Part shown: piece by piece, positions 1-9,660 of the stretch | Numbering within the stretch: position 1 is the first letter of the stretch | How the letters are laid out: each line of letters opens with the position of its first letter | Translations under genes and position numbers: made by a program | Origin: Thermodesulfobacteriota bacterium | GTDB lineage: Bacteria > Desulfobacterota > WTBG01 > JAGOGO01 | Assembly: GCA_026625185.1 (NCBI GenBank) | Contig: CP113000.1 | Coordinates: forward strand, 1,125,622 to 1,157,621 | DNA length: 32,000 nucleotides | Direction of reading: 5' to 3' | The notes under the pieces: model-generated | What the model saw: only the letters and a program-made list of their open reading frames with translations | Told to the model about the DNA's origin: nothing | Database searches by the model: none

Positions 1-1
1 T

Positions 2-592
2 CGCGATATCTCCGATATTCAACAGTATATCAAGCTGGGCAAGCTCGGTGAAGCCTTTATCGCTACCGATCAAGGAGTGCTTCTCATCGATGAGGTCGAT
101 AAAGCGGATATCGAGTTCCCTAACGACCTCCTCAATGAACTGGATGAAATGAGTTTTCATATACCCGAGACCAGAAAAACGATCACCGCCCAGCACCGGC
201 CGATTGTGATTATCACCAGCAATTCGGAAAAAGAGCTCCCGGACGCTTTCCTGCGGCGATGCGTTTTTCATTATATAGAATTTCCGGACGCGGAGATGAT
301 GGAACAAATCGTGCGCGTCCATTTTCCCGCTATCGAGAAAAATCTTCTCAAGGACGTGCTCAAGCAATTCTATTTTCTGCGGCAAATTGACGAATTTCGC
401 AAAAAGCCCTCCACCAGCGAGCTGCTCGATTGGGTGCAGGCATTAATCGCCGGAGGAGTCTCGCCCGGCAAGGTGGAAAAAGAGATTCCTTTTTTAGGTG
501 TGCTTCTTAAGAAAGAAGCCGACGTAGAATATTTTCAAGCCCGAAGCTCCGGCACCCAGGGGGGTCGCTTTAAATTTTACAAGCAGTATTAG
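2..592 (+). CDS. MoxR-like AAA+ ATPase (AAA_5 type), C-terminal part; the 5' end lies outside the window
   Basis: The frame is open from the window edge (RDISDIQQYIKLGKLGEAFIATDQGVLLIDEVDKADIEFPNDLL...). It has a Walker-B-like hhhhDE motif (LLIDEVDKA). The IVIITSN...ELPDAFLRRC segment is typical of MoxR/CoxD-type ATPases. A VWA gene follows 37 nt downstream, which is the classic pairing. Confidence 0.8.
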   Translation, partial: RDISDIQQYIKLGKLGEAFIATDQGVLLIDEVDKADIEFPNDLLNELDEMSFHIPETRKTITAQHRPIVIITSNSEKELPDAFLRRCVFHYIEFPDAEMMEQIVRVHFPAIEKNLLKDVLKQFYFLRQIDEFRKKPSTSELLDWVQALIAGGVSPGKVEKEIPFLGVLLKKEADVEYFQARSSGTQGGRFKFYKQY

Positions 593-628
593 GCGCCCCT
601 TCCGAAAGTTGTTAAGAAATGTTGTGTT

Positions 629-1801
629 ATGTTCACCAATTTTTTTTACACTCTCAAAAAACATAAAGTCCCGGTCTCCATCACCGAGTGGATGACCCTT
701 ATCGATGCCCTGAATCAAGGATATGCCTGGTCAAACCTCACGGATTTTTATTTTTTAGCCCGCTCGCTTTTAGTGAAAAGCGAGACTTTCTACGACCGAT
801 ATGACCTTGCCTTTCAGGAGTTTTTTAAAGGCATTGAGACCCCTGCCGAGATCAGGGATGAAGTGCTCGAGTGGCTTAAAAATCCTTTAAATCGCCTGCC
901 TTTTTCTCCGGAAGAGTTGGCCAAAATAAAGCAGATGGACCTGGATGAGGTCCTTCGCCTTTTTGAGGAGCGCCTGCGGGAGCAGCGAGAAGCTCACCAC
1001 GGCGGAAGCAAATGGATCGGCACCGGGGGAACATCCCCTTTTGGTCATTCCGGCTATCACCCCGGCGGAATCCGCGTGGGGGGAGAATCGCGCAACCGCT
1101 CAGCGGTAAAAATTGCCGCGGAGAGAAGGTTTAAAAATTACCGGAGCGACCTTACCCTCGATGTCCGGCAAATCAAGGTGGCGCTTAAAAAGCTCCGCCA
1201 ACTCAGCCGAATCGGGCCGGAAGACGAACTTGATCTTGAGACTACGATTGACAAAACCTGCAAAAACGCCGGTGATTTGCATTTGGTGTGGATGAAGAGC
1301 AGGCAGAACGCAGCGAAGCTCCTGTTGCTGATGGATGTCGGAGGGTCTATGGATATTCATATTGCCCTGTGCAGCCGTCTTTTCTCCGCTGCCCACTCAA
1401 CCAATCATTTTAAAGACCTGCAGTACTACTATTTCCACAACTGCATTTATGATAAACTCTATAAGGACGTTGAGCGCTGGGACTCTATCCCGACCAGTTC
1501 CCTGCTGCACACATTGCCGAGTGATTACAAAGTGATTATTGTGGGCGATGGCTCCATGGCGCCCTCGGAGTTGATGTCACGCTATGGCGCGATCAGTTAC
1601 CAGGAGAACAACGAAACCCCGGGGCTTGAGTGGCTTAAACGCTTTGCCGATCATTTTACCCATTGCGTCTGGATTAATCCGGACAATCCTTCCTATTGGA
1701 ACCATTATACTGTCGCAATCATTAAACACCTCTTTCCCATGTTCGGCCTGACCGTGGAGGGGATCGAGCAGGCGGTCCAGAAACTGATCATCAAACACTA
1801 A
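629..1801 (+). CDS. VWA domain protein, CoxE-like partner of the MoxR ATPase
   Basis: 390-aa ORF. The C-terminal half has a VWA/MIDAS-like segment (LLLLMDVGGSMD) followed by VIIVGDGSM. Its position directly after an AAA_5 ATPase matches the known ATPase-VWA pairing. Confidence 0.75.
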   Translation: MFTNFFYTLKKHKVPVSITEWMTLIDALNQGYAWSNLTDFYFLARSLLVKSETFYDRYDLAFQEFFKGIETPAEIRDEVLEWLKNPLNRLPFSPEELAKIKQMDLDEVLRLFEERLREQREAHHGGSKWIGTGGTSPFGHSGYHPGGIRVGGESRNRSAVKIAAERRFKNYRSDLTLDVRQIKVALKKLRQLSRIGPEDELDLETTIDKTCKNAGDLHLVWMKSRQNAAKLLLLMDVGGSMDIHIALCSRLFSAAHSTNHFKDLQYYYFHNCIYDKLYKDVERWDSIPTSSLLHTLPSDYKVIIVGDGSMAPSELMSRYGAISYQENNETPGLEWLKRFADHFTHCVWINPDNPSYWNHYTVAIIKHLFPMFGLTVEGIEQAVQKLIIKH

Positions 1802-1860
1802 TTCGGAAGATATTCTTTGCGCGCTAGGAAAATGTTTTTGTAGAAATAAAGGAGTTTTAA

Positions 1861-3351
1861 ATGTCGGCTCATCCCATTCACCTTTACAACAGCATGACCC
1901 AGAAAAAAGAGGAGTTTATCCCCCTGAAGGAAAACCGGGTGACGATGTATGTCTGCGGAGTAACCGTCTACGACCACGCCCACATCGGCCATGCCCGCGC
2001 AGCAGTTATCTTTGATGTTATCTACCGGTACCTCAAATACCGGGGCTTTACGGTTGCCTATGTTCGAAACTTTACTGATGTTGACGACAAAATCATCAAC
2101 CGGGCAAATAAAGAAGGGGTTTCCTGGAAGACGATCGCGGAAACCTATATTCGCGAGTATACTACCGACACTCAGGCGCTTGGGAATGAAACCCCTACGC
2201 ATGAGCCTTTGGCCACGGAACATATCGCCGATATGATAAAAATTATTACGACCCTCATTGAAAACGGCCACGCGTATGAATTGGACGGAGATGTCTATTT
2301 TGAAGTCGGTAAATTTCCGGGATACGGAAAGTTATCGAAAAAAAATCTTGATGAGCAAATGACCGGGGCGCGAGTAGAAGCTGACGAGCGCAAAAAAGAT
2401 CCCCGCGACTTTGCCCTCTGGAAGAAATCAAAGCCCGGCGAACCCTTCTGGCCAAGCCCCTGGGGGGAGGGAAGACCCGGATGGCACATTGAATGTTCCG
2501 CGATGAGCCAGAAATACCTGGGCGAGACCATTGATATTCACGGCGGAGGACGAGACCTTATCTTTCCCCACCATGAAAATGAAATCGCTCAGGCGGAAGC
2601 CGCTTCCGGCAAGAGCTTTGTCCGCTACTGGATTCACAACGGCTTTGTCAACATCAATCAGGAAAAAATGTCGAAATCTCTGGGAAACTTTTTTACCATT
2701 AAAGACATTTTAAAAAAGTATCACCCGGAAGTGGTCCGGCTCTTTCTTCTTTCCCATCATTACCGCTCGCCGGTTGACTTTTCTGCTGAAACCATGAATG
2801 ACGCCAAAGCCGGACTCGAGCGGATTTACACCACGCTTGCGGAAGTTGACGCGCTCCTCGAGGGAAAGGATTTCTCTGGGGTTACAGAAGAAGGATTAAG
2901 CGCCCGGGATAAAGAACTTTATGAAGAGATAAAAGCGCTCATTGCCCGGTTCGAACAAGCCATGGATGAAGACTTTAATACCGCGCTCGCTCTCGGACAT
3001 GTGTATAATGCTGTCCGCTCGCTTAACCGCTTCCTTTCCGATCCTGAGTTTAAGAAAACCGTTACCGCCCGCAGTGTTGTTGCCTTGGCCCGCAAGGCTT
3101 TTTCTAAAATCGGCACGGTGTTGGGACTTTTTCAGGTAAAACCGCCGGAGTTCCTCGCGATGCTCAAAAGCAAGAAGTTATCAGGCCTGGATATCCCCCC
3201 GGGTGATGAGATCGAAAAACTGATTGAGGAGCGCAACCAGGCCCGGAGGGAAAAAAACTGGAAGAAAGCGGATGAGATCCGCGATTTCCTTCTTAAGAAA
3301 AATATCATCCTCGAAGACGGACGAGGCAAAACCACTTGGACGGTCAAATGA
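1861..3351 (+). CDS. cysS: Cysteine--tRNA ligase
   Basis: Class I synthetase signatures HIGHARAAV (HIGH) and KMSKSLGN (KMSKS). The N-terminus [14 protein letters not shown] is CysS-like. AAGGAG lies about 7 nt upstream of the ATG. Confidence 0.95.
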   Translation: MSAHPIHLYNSMTQKKEEFIPLKENRVTMYVCGVTVYDHAHIGHARAAVIFDVIYRYLKYRGFTVAYVRNFTDVDDKIINRANKEGVSWKTIAETYIREYTTDTQALGNETPTHEPLATEHIADMIKIITTLIENGHAYELDGDVYFEVGKFPGYGKLSKKNLDEQMTGARVEADERKKDPRDFALWKKSKPGEPFWPSPWGEGRPGWHIECSAMSQKYLGETIDIHGGGRDLIFPHHENEIAQAEAASGKSFVRYWIHNGFVNINQEKMSKSLGNFFTIKDILKKYHPEVVRLFLLSHHYRSPVDFSAETMNDAKAGLERIYTTLAEVDALLEGKDFSGVTEEGLSARDKELYEEIKALIARFEQAMDEDFNTALALGHVYNAVRSLNRFLSDPEFKKTVTARSVVALARKAFSKIGTVLGLFQVKPPEFLAMLKSKKLSGLDIPPGDEIEKLIEERNQARREKNWKKADEIRDFLLKKNIILEDGRGKTTWTVK

Positions 3352-5339
3352 AGTTAAAACTGGTTTCCTCCTATACCCCTAAAGGAGATCAGCCTCAGGC
3401 CATCAAAAAATTGACTAAAGGGGTTTTAGACGGAAAGACCCACCAGTGTCTGCTTGGAGTTACCGGCTCCGGAAAAACCTTCACCATGGCCAATGTGATT
3501 GAACAGGCTCAGAAACCTACCCTGGTTATTTCCCACAATAAAACCTTGGCCGCCCAGCTTTACGAAGAATTTAAAGCCCTGTTTCCTGACAATGCGGTGG
3601 AATACTTTGTCAGCTACTATGATTATTACCAGCCCGAAGCGTATGTGCCCCAGACCGACACCTACATCGCCAAGGATGCTTCCATTAACGAGCACATCGA
3701 TAAAATGCGTCACTCAGCCACCCACTCTCTGTGGGAGCGGAGAGATGTTATCATTGTCGCCAGCGTTTCGTGTATCTATGGTATCGGTTCACCTGAGGAC
3801 TACCACAGCATGCTGGTGCAGATCGAAGAGCACACGGAACGGGAAAGGGATAATCTCCTTTCCCGATTAGTTGAGATTCAATACCTTCGAAATGATCTTG
3901 ATTTTTATCGGGGCACTTTTCGGGTCCGGGGCGATGTGGTGGAAATCTTCCCGGCTTACGAAGAAGATAAAGCTATCCGGGTCGAATTTTTCGGAGATAC
4001 GATTGAAGGCATTTACGAAATTGATCCTCTCAGAGGGAAGGTCTTAAGGCGGCTTGAAAAAGTTGCCGTTTATCCGGGCAGTCACTATGTTACTCCCCAG
4101 GATAAATTAAAGCGAGCGGTACGGACGATTAAGTCGGAACTGGTTGACCACCTCAAAGAGCTTTACGCCCGCAATAAACTCCTCGAAGCTCAGCGGATAG
4201 AACAAAGAACCAACTTTGATCTGGAGATGCTGGAAGAGATGGGGTATTGCACCGGCATTGAAAATTACTCCCGCCATCTCGATGGCCGCAAACCGGGCGC
4301 CCCGCCTTCAGTCCTCATTGATCATTTTCCGGAAGACTATCTTCTGTTTATTGATGAGAGCCATGTCTCCATCCCCCAGATTCAGGGCATGTACCGGGGA
4401 GACCGTTCCCGCAAAGAGACTTTAGTGGACTATGGCTTCCGCCTTCCCTCTGCCCTTGATAACCGTCCGCTTACCTTTGAGGAATTTAATTCCCGAGTCA
4501 AGCAGGTTATCTATGTCTCCGCTACTCCGGCTGATTATGAATTGAAAATTTGCGCGAGAAAAGTTATCGAACAGGTTATCCGGCCCACCGGGCTTATGGA
4601 TCCGGAAATTGAAGTAAAGCCCGCAACTCATCAGGTAGACGATCTGCTTGAGGAGCTTCGCATTCGCATCAAACGAAAAGAGCGGGTGCTGGTAACCACA
4701 CTCACCAAAAGGATGGCCGAAGATTTAACCGAGTACTACTCTGACCTGGGAGTAAAAGCAAAGTACCTCCATTCGGACATCGGCACGCTGGAGCGCATCG
4801 AGATTGTCCGCAACCTGCGCCTGGGAAGTTTTGACGTGTTAATCGGGGTCAACCTCTTGCGCGAAGGCCTTGATCTTCCCGAGGTGTCGCTGGTTGCTAT
4901 CCTGGATTCGGATAAAGAAGGGTTCCTGCGATCCGCTCCGGCATTGATCCAGACCTGCGGGAGAGCAGCGCGAAACTTAAACGGCAAAGTTATCATGTAC
5001 GGTGACTCAGTCACCAATTCCATGAAGACCGCGCTTAAAGAAACCGATCGGCGCCGAAAAATCCAATCCGAGTATAACCGGAAGAATAAAATTACTCCCG
5101 AAAGCATTAAGAAAGATATCCGCAATGTGCTGGCTTCAATTTATGAAGCTGATTACCTCGCCGTGCCCGCAGTGGCGGAACCAACGAGAGAATACCGGAC
5201 AGTCAAAGACATCCCTAAGGAGATTGAAAAACTCAAAAAACAGATGCGCGAAGCCGCCCGGCAGCTTGAGTTTGAGCAGGCCGCGGAATTCCGCGACCGG
5301 ATAAAAAAACTTGAGGAAATGGAACTTTCATTAGGATAA
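3348..5339 (+). CDS. uvrB: Excinuclease ABC subunit B
   Basis: Recognisable UvrB motifs: [14 protein letters not shown], Walker [15 protein letters not shown] box ([11 protein letters not shown]), and a C-terminal UVR motif ([17 protein letters not shown]). I prefer the ATG at 3348 (MKLKLVSSY...), which forms an ATGA overlap with the cysS stop. The track ORF starts at 3336. Confidence 0.95.
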   Translation: MKLKLVSSYTPKGDQPQAIKKLTKGVLDGKTHQCLLGVTGSGKTFTMANVIEQAQKPTLVISHNKTLAAQLYEEFKALFPDNAVEYFVSYYDYYQPEAYVPQTDTYIAKDASINEHIDKMRHSATHSLWERRDVIIVASVSCIYGIGSPEDYHSMLVQIEEHTERERDNLLSRLVEIQYLRNDLDFYRGTFRVRGDVVEIFPAYEEDKAIRVEFFGDTIEGIYEIDPLRGKVLRRLEKVAVYPGSHYVTPQDKLKRAVRTIKSELVDHLKELYARNKLLEAQRIEQRTNFDLEMLEEMGYCTGIENYSRHLDGRKPGAPPSVLIDHFPEDYLLFIDESHVSIPQIQGMYRGDRSRKETLVDYGFRLPSALDNRPLTFEEFNSRVKQVIYVSATPADYELKICARKVIEQVIRPTGLMDPEIEVKPATHQVDDLLEELRIRIKRKERVLVTTLTKRMAEDLTEYYSDLGVKAKYLHSDIGTLERIEIVRNLRLGSFDVLIGVNLLREGLDLPEVSLVAILDSDKEGFLRSAPALIQTCGRAARNLNGKVIMYGDSVTNSMKTALKETDRRRKIQSEYNRKNKITPESIKKDIRNVLASIYEADYLAVPAVAEPTREYRTVKDIPKEIEKLKKQMREAARQLEFEQAAEFRDRIKKLEEMELSLG

Positions 5340-5493
5340 GCAAAGGAAACAACCATCGTGTTCGGCAAGGGAAAAAATAAAATAATTAATAAATACAACA
5401 ACTAACAATTCATTCTCATTCAATTGCGTCACTGATGGCTAAAATTATGGTTGCGATATTCAAAAAATGTCGTATATGATTAATTATCAAAAA

Positions 5494-5527
5494 AGGCAGG
5501 GTTGCTCATGACTCTGCCTCTCTTTTT
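5494..5527 (+). terminator. Candidate intrinsic terminator downstream of uvrB
   Basis: Stem AGGCAG (5494-5499) pairs with CTGCCT (5514-5519), followed by CTCTTTTTT. An A-run precedes it, so it could act in both directions. It lies about 155 nt after the uvrB stop. Confidence 0.4.
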
Positions 5528-5540
5528 TAATAATTATCGC

Positions 5541-5571
5541 TTGTAATTTCTTGCTTTAAATAGTATATAAT
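5541..5571 (+). promoter_or_regulatory. Candidate sigma70-type promoter upstream of the dehydrogenase gene
   Basis: TTGTAA at 5541-5546, then TATATA after a 17-nt spacer, with an overlapping perfect TATAAT at 5566-5571. It sits in an AT-rich spacer about 175 nt upstream of the 5744 start. Motif match only. Confidence 0.3.
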
Positions 5572-5743
5572 GTGTTCAGTTCGAGGTGGCCTTTTTAAGA
5601 ATCGCTCTTGATCATTTGTTGCTGAAATAAGTAGACCGTATACCTTATAAAAATACATAACTTCAAGTCATTATCAATAATATTGCTTCCTTAATGATTG
5701 TGTTTTGGGCACTGAATAAAATAAATGAAGGGGGTAAATAGAG

Positions 5744-7171
5744 ATGTATATTGATGGACAGTGGATCAGCGCAGAGAAAGGTAAAATGTTTGATGTTTTT
5801 AACCCGGCAAATGGTGAAAAGGTGGGCCAGGTGCCTGACGGCACTCGGGGCGATGCCGCCAAGGCAATTGATGTAGCGATAAATGCATTTAAAGCCTGGT
5901 CAACGCTGACTGCCTACCAACGCTCGTCATATCTGTTTAAAGCATACCAGCTCATGCTGGAGCGAAAAGAAGGCCTTGCGCGGACTATGACAACCGAGCA
6001 GGGCAAGCCCCTGCGGGCGGCACGCAATGAGGTGCAGTACGGGGCCGACTTTCTGCTCTGGTTTTCCGAGGAAGCAAAGCGCGTGTATGGTGAAACAATC
6101 CCTTCTGCCCGTGCTGACCAGCGCTTTCTTGTCCTTTATCAGCCTTTGGGGGTGGTTGCGGCTATTACGCCGTGGAACTATCCCATATCAATGATAACAA
6201 GAAAAGTTGCGCCTGCCCTTGCGGCAGGCTGTACCATTGTGCTGAAGCCCTCAGCGGAAACACCCCTGTGCGCAGTGGAGCTTTTCAAAGTTTTTCATGA
6301 CGCCGGGATTCCTGCCGGCGTTGTTAACCTGGTAACGGCAAAAGACCCTAAACCAATCGGACAGGAATTTGTGGAAAACCGGAAGGTGCGAAAGCTTACC
6401 TTTACCGGCTCTACCGAAGTCGGTAAATTGCTTGCCCGCGGCGCAGCAGACCAGATCAAGCGGGTATCCCTGGAGCTTGGTGGGCATGCCCCTTTTATTG
6501 TTTTTGACGACACCCTTCCGGCTCATGCGGCACGAGGTGTTTCACTGGTCAAATTTCTCAACACCGGACAGACCTGCATAAGTCCGAACAGGGTTTTTGT
6601 GCAGCGAAACATTGTCGCTCAATTTGTTGAAGAATTGAGAGGCCGCGTGTCAAAGATGAAGGCCGGAAGCGGCTTTGATGACACGGTAACGATAGGCCCT
6701 CTGGTAAATGCGGAGGCCCTTACCAAGATTGACCGCCAGGTTTCGGATGCTCGTGACCATGGTGCAGCTGTGATAACCGGCGGCAAAAGGTTAATTGATA
6801 ACAACCTTGATAAAGGGTATTTTTATGCTCCGACGGTTATCAATAATGTGACGACTCAGATGCAAATTTTCCGCGAGGAGACATTCGGGCCGGTTGTTCC
6901 CGTTATCGCCTTTGACAGCGAGGAAGAGGTTGTTGCAATGGCAAATGATACAAATTATGGACTTGCCTCCTATGTATATACCAGGGACATATCCAGGGCT
7001 ATGCGAGTCTATGAGTCTCTTGAGTTTGCAATTGTTGGCATCAATGACATAAACCCGACCTCTGCGGCAGCGCCATTTGGCGGCATGAAGGAGAGTGGGC
7101 TCGGCAGGGAAGGGGCGCGGGAAGGGATTGAGGAATATCTTGAAACCAAGCTGGTAGGCATATCGGTTTAA
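5744..7171 (+). CDS. gabD: NAD(P)-dependent aldehyde dehydrogenase, succinate-semialdehyde dehydrogenase-like
   Basis: 475 aa with ALDH family signatures: ITPWNYP, catalytic Glu region LELGGHAP, catalytic Cys region GQTCISPNR, and EETFGPV. The N-terminus YIDGQWISAEKGKMFDVFNPANGE is GabD-like. AAGGGGG RBS upstream. Confidence 0.85.
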   Translation: MYIDGQWISAEKGKMFDVFNPANGEKVGQVPDGTRGDAAKAIDVAINAFKAWSTLTAYQRSSYLFKAYQLMLERKEGLARTMTTEQGKPLRAARNEVQYGADFLLWFSEEAKRVYGETIPSARADQRFLVLYQPLGVVAAITPWNYPISMITRKVAPALAAGCTIVLKPSAETPLCAVELFKVFHDAGIPAGVVNLVTAKDPKPIGQEFVENRKVRKLTFTGSTEVGKLLARGAADQIKRVSLELGGHAPFIVFDDTLPAHAARGVSLVKFLNTGQTCISPNRVFVQRNIVAQFVEELRGRVSKMKAGSGFDDTVTIGPLVNAEALTKIDRQVSDARDHGAAVITGGKRLIDNNLDKGYFYAPTVINNVTTQMQIFREETFGPVVPVIAFDSEEEVVAMANDTNYGLASYVYTRDISRAMRVYESLEFAIVGINDINPTSAAAPFGGMKESGLGREGAREGIEEYLETKLVGISV

Positions 7172-7334
7172 ATATGTTTAGGACAAGGTTCCGGAGAAGA
7201 TCTAGGTTTTCGATGGAATGTATTTCCTGTTACCATCCGGCCGTTAAGGCAAGGACGAGACGAAATCCCTGCCTTAGTAGAACAGTTTCACGTTTTCATT
7301 TTTTTCTATTAACAACTAACCCATGAGGTGACCT

Positions 7335-8096
7335 TTGGGGAAATACAGCCAAGTTGCTAATCTTATCAAAGAGAAAGGAAATGTTATCGCTTTTACCGGC
7401 GCCGGTATTTCGGTGGAAAGCGGTATACCTGCTTTTCGCGGCGCTCAGGGTCTGTGGGAGAAATATGATCCCGAAGAATACGCTCATATAAATTCCTTTG
7501 TAAGTGAGCCGGCCAAAATATGGTGCATGCTCAGGGAAATGATAAAACTGACTTTTGATGCGCATCCTTCTCCGGCGCATCTGGCCCTGGGAGCCTTGGA
7601 AAAAGCGGGATTTCTGAAGGCCGTTATTACTCAGAATGTAGATGGCCTCCACCAGGAAGCGGGCAATACCAACATAATAGAATATCATGGCAACATGCGG
7701 AATCTGGTCTGTCTCAAATGCCGAAAAAAGATACCACTTAAGCAGGAAGTATTGACCGCCATGCCTTATCCTACGTGTGACCGGTGTAATAAAGCCATGA
7801 AGCCGGATGGCGTCTTTTTTGGCGAACAAATCCCAATATCAGCCATCGAAGCGGCGCATGAGGCGGTTGAGAACTGCAAAATAATAATGATAATAGGAAC
7901 ATCAGGCGTCGTCTACCCTGCGGCCGAAGTCCCCTTTCAGGCTGCTTCCCGTGGCGCTGCAGTTGTGGAGATTAATGTTAATCCTACTCCGTTTACTTCG
8001 GCGGTGACGCAATATTTTTTGGAAGGAAGTGCATCGCAAGTGCTTCCCAGAATCATAGACGAACTCGGGCTGAAGCTGTCTGATGCGCAACCATAA
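7335..8096 (+). CDS. cobB: NAD-dependent protein deacylase, Sir2 family (short bacterial sirtuin)
   Basis: GAGISVESGIPAFRG, QNVDGLH, and the catalytic His in IEYHGN. Zn ribbon CLKC...CDRC, plus IGTSGVVYPAA. TTG start, because the upstream ATG at 7323 hits a stop immediately. Confidence 0.9.
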   Translation: MGKYSQVANLIKEKGNVIAFTGAGISVESGIPAFRGAQGLWEKYDPEEYAHINSFVSEPAKIWCMLREMIKLTFDAHPSPAHLALGALEKAGFLKAVITQNVDGLHQEAGNTNIIEYHGNMRNLVCLKCRKKIPLKQEVLTAMPYPTCDRCNKAMKPDGVFFGEQIPISAIEAAHEAVENCKIIMIIGTSGVVYPAAEVPFQAASRGAAVVEINVNPTPFTSAVTQYFLEGSASQVLPRIIDELGLKLSDAQP

Positions 8097-8204
8097 CCAA
8101 TGGGGTTCACAAAGGTGACTTCATGAGGGTATCGGCAGCTCGAAGAGGCATCATAATTTTTTTTCTTATTGCATGATTTCGTTTTGGGGTTTATCTTGCA
8201 AGCC

Positions 8205-8510
8205 TCATCTGGTGAAGGTTCCCCCTTCTTCAGACAACAAAGCATCTTTTCCGGTCTTTGAACTTCCGATCCCGCCAATCCACGCGCCCGCATGGGGCGC
8301 GAGTTTATTGGGCGCATGAGCATACAATTCACCCATCTTGGATACTCCTCAGATTATGCCACCACCCTGCCAAATAGCCCCACGCCCCCGCTCCAAAAAT
8401 CTCAGCAAAAGAGCGAGCCTTCCCCGCCACATTTTTTAGATGTTCTTAAGCAATTGCCATTCTTCCGGCGGACGGCCTTCTTTAGTGTGTGCATAATATT
8501 TTGGAATCAT
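8205..8510 (-). pseudogene. Decayed N-terminal fragment of a Cas3-type HD nuclease (frameshifted, truncated)
   Basis: The minus strand from ATG 8510 reads MIPKYYAHTKEGRPPEEWQLLKNI*. A one-base shift continues with EHLKNVAGKARSFAEIFGAGAWGYLAGWWHNLRSIQDG*. A third frame continues with GELYAHAPNKLAPHAGAWIGG...*. The pattern YAH-x(8-10)-WQxL-x-EHLxxVAxxAxxFAxxFG...(HD-like HN) matches my memory of Cas3 HD-domain N-termini. Only about 100 codons remain. Confidence 0.45.
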
Positions 8511-8573
8511 GAGCCAAAGCCAGATTTCTAAATAATTGATATGCTTTTTTCAAAAAAGAAAAAGTACCCGGTT

Positions 8574-8623
8574 GCCAAAATAAAAAAGGCCTATCACCTT
8601 TTTATGCATGGTGATTCGGCCTT
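8574..8623 (-). terminator. Intrinsic terminator closing the rbfA / tRNA-Glu transcription unit
   Basis: On the minus strand, AAGGCCGAATCACC pairs with GGTGATAGGCCTT (13 bp with one bulge), followed by TTTTTTATTTT. Confidence 0.6.
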
Positions 8624-8893
8624 AATTTATTCTCGCTTGTGAAAACCCTTCCCATTAAAACCACCCGTTTCCTGTGCTGCGATTATCTTTATATGGGTTT
8701 TATAATTTTTTTCTTGTAAATCTTAAGCGGACAAAAAGTCAAAAAATACTTTTCTTGTCCGGGAAATAAAAAACTCCGTTCTTTTTTTAAAAACGAGATG
8801 TTTACGTTCCGTAGATCACACACACCCCCCTTAACACTAAAACCCTTGCTGATTATTTAAAAATAAACAATCTGCCAAGTTCGCTTTTCAATA

Positions 8894-8966
8894 TGATCCC
8901 AACGGGATTCGAACCCGTGTTGCCGGCGTGAGAGGCCGGCGTCCTGGGCCACTAGACGATGGGACC
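8894..8966 (-). tRNA. tRNA-Glu (anticodon CUC)
   Basis: The reverse complement GGTCCCATCGTCTAGTGGCCCAGGACGCCGGCCTCTCACGCCGGCAACACGGGTTCGAATCCCGTTGGGATCA folds as a 73-nt cloverleaf. Anticodon stem CCGGC/GCCGG with loop CTCTCAC; T-loop TTCGAAT. The 3' CCA is not encoded. Confidence 0.93.
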
Positions 8967-8980
8967 GTAAAATAAATATA

Positions 8981-9009
8981 ACTCTAATGTAAGCTAAGCA
9001 CCCTGTCAA
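8981..9009 (-). promoter_or_regulatory. Candidate promoter for tRNA-Glu
   Basis: On the minus strand: perfect TTGACA (9009-9004), a 17-nt spacer, then TAGAGT (8986-8981). The -10 element ends 14 nt before the mature tRNA 5' end. Confidence 0.45.
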
Positions 9010-9025
9010 TATTTTTTAAAAATCG

Positions 9026-9442
9026 TTAATCTTTTTGATCTGGTTGCTCCGATTCATCCTTTGCGTCTTTCTCTGGAACCTCTGCCTCTTTTGGAAGCGA
9101 AAGGTCTTTAAGAATTTGGTCGATATGGCTTCCGTACTCCAAAGAGTGATCAAACTGGAAATCAATGACCGGTGTATATCGCATACGAATCCTCCGACCT
9201 ATTTCCCGCTGGATAAACTTGGTTGCCTGCCTGAGACCAATGGCCGAATCTTGGAGTTGTTTTTCGCTCCCGAACGCACTGTAATAAATGTGCGCGATCT
9301 TTAAGTCTTTACTTACCGTGACTCCGGTAATCGTGACCATCCCGATCCGAGGGTCTTTTACCTCTCGGATAAGCATCTCGGCAACTTCCTTTTTTATTAG
9401 GTGGGCAATTCGTTCGATCCTATTTTCCCCCATGATCATCAC
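9026..9442 (-). CDS. rbfA: Ribosome-binding factor A
   Basis: RIERIAHLIKKEVAEMLIREVKDPRIGMVTITGVTVSKDLKIAHIYYS is a typical RbfA core. It carries an acidic C-terminal tail. Confidence 0.93.
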   Translation of the reverse strand: MMIMGENRIERIAHLIKKEVAEMLIREVKDPRIGMVTITGVTVSKDLKIAHIYYSAFGSEKQLQDSAIGLRQATKFIQREIGRRIRMRYTPVIDFQFDHSLEYGSHIDQILKDLSLPKEAEVPEKDAKDESEQPDQKD

Positions 9443-9660
9443 TCCCTTGAATTCGCTGGAAAAACTTTTAAAAAAGGATTCTTACTTTGACAAAAGTCCA
9501 AAGCGGTTCCTCTGCGGTGGTGTTGAGTTACCTTATAAGAATAAGAAAAATTTCTTGGGGTTGGTTAAGCAACTTGAAATTACGCATCAAAATTGATGAG
9601 TCCGTAAAGGTCGAATATCAGACGGCACAGTAAAAAGCATTTCCGCTCCGAGGGGGACAA

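Noticed and set aside
5340-5743. att-like duplicate of the tRNA-Glu 3' end that would delimit an island
   Set aside because: Only a 6-nt GTTCGA match near 5579, with no extended identity to the tRNA 3' half.
7246-7275. Hairpin AAGGCAAGGA/TCCCTGCCTT after the dehydrogenase gene as a terminator
   Set aside because: The stem has one mismatch, and the T-run starts more than 20 nt downstream. Too weak to list as a feature.
7296-7829. 177-aa minus-strand ORF
   Set aside because: It is entirely antisense to the well-supported Sir2 gene and has no recognisable motifs. Typical shadow ORF.
7335-8096. Sir2 protein as an anti-phage NADase effector (Thoeris/DSR/SIR2-HerA-like), given the nearby Cas3 relic
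   Set aside because: It is a short (253 aa) stand-alone sirtuin with an intact Zn ribbon and canonical deacylase motifs, closely resembling housekeeping Sir2Tm/CobB-type enzymes. It has no partner gene and no extra sensor domain.
7937-8531. 131-aa minus-strand ORF (7937-8332) and 79-aa plus-strand ORF (8292-8531)
   Set aside because: The minus-strand ORF runs antisense into the Sir2 3' end and is just one of the three broken frames of the Cas3-like relic. The plus-strand ORF is antisense to that relic and is low-complexity and Pro/Ser-rich. Neither looks like a real gene.
8511-8893. Possible degenerate CRISPR array or leader between the Cas3-like relic and tRNA-Glu
   Set aside because: Reading both strands I found no direct repeats of 24-40 nt at regular spacing. 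I found only one terminator hairpin and scattered weak inverted repeats.
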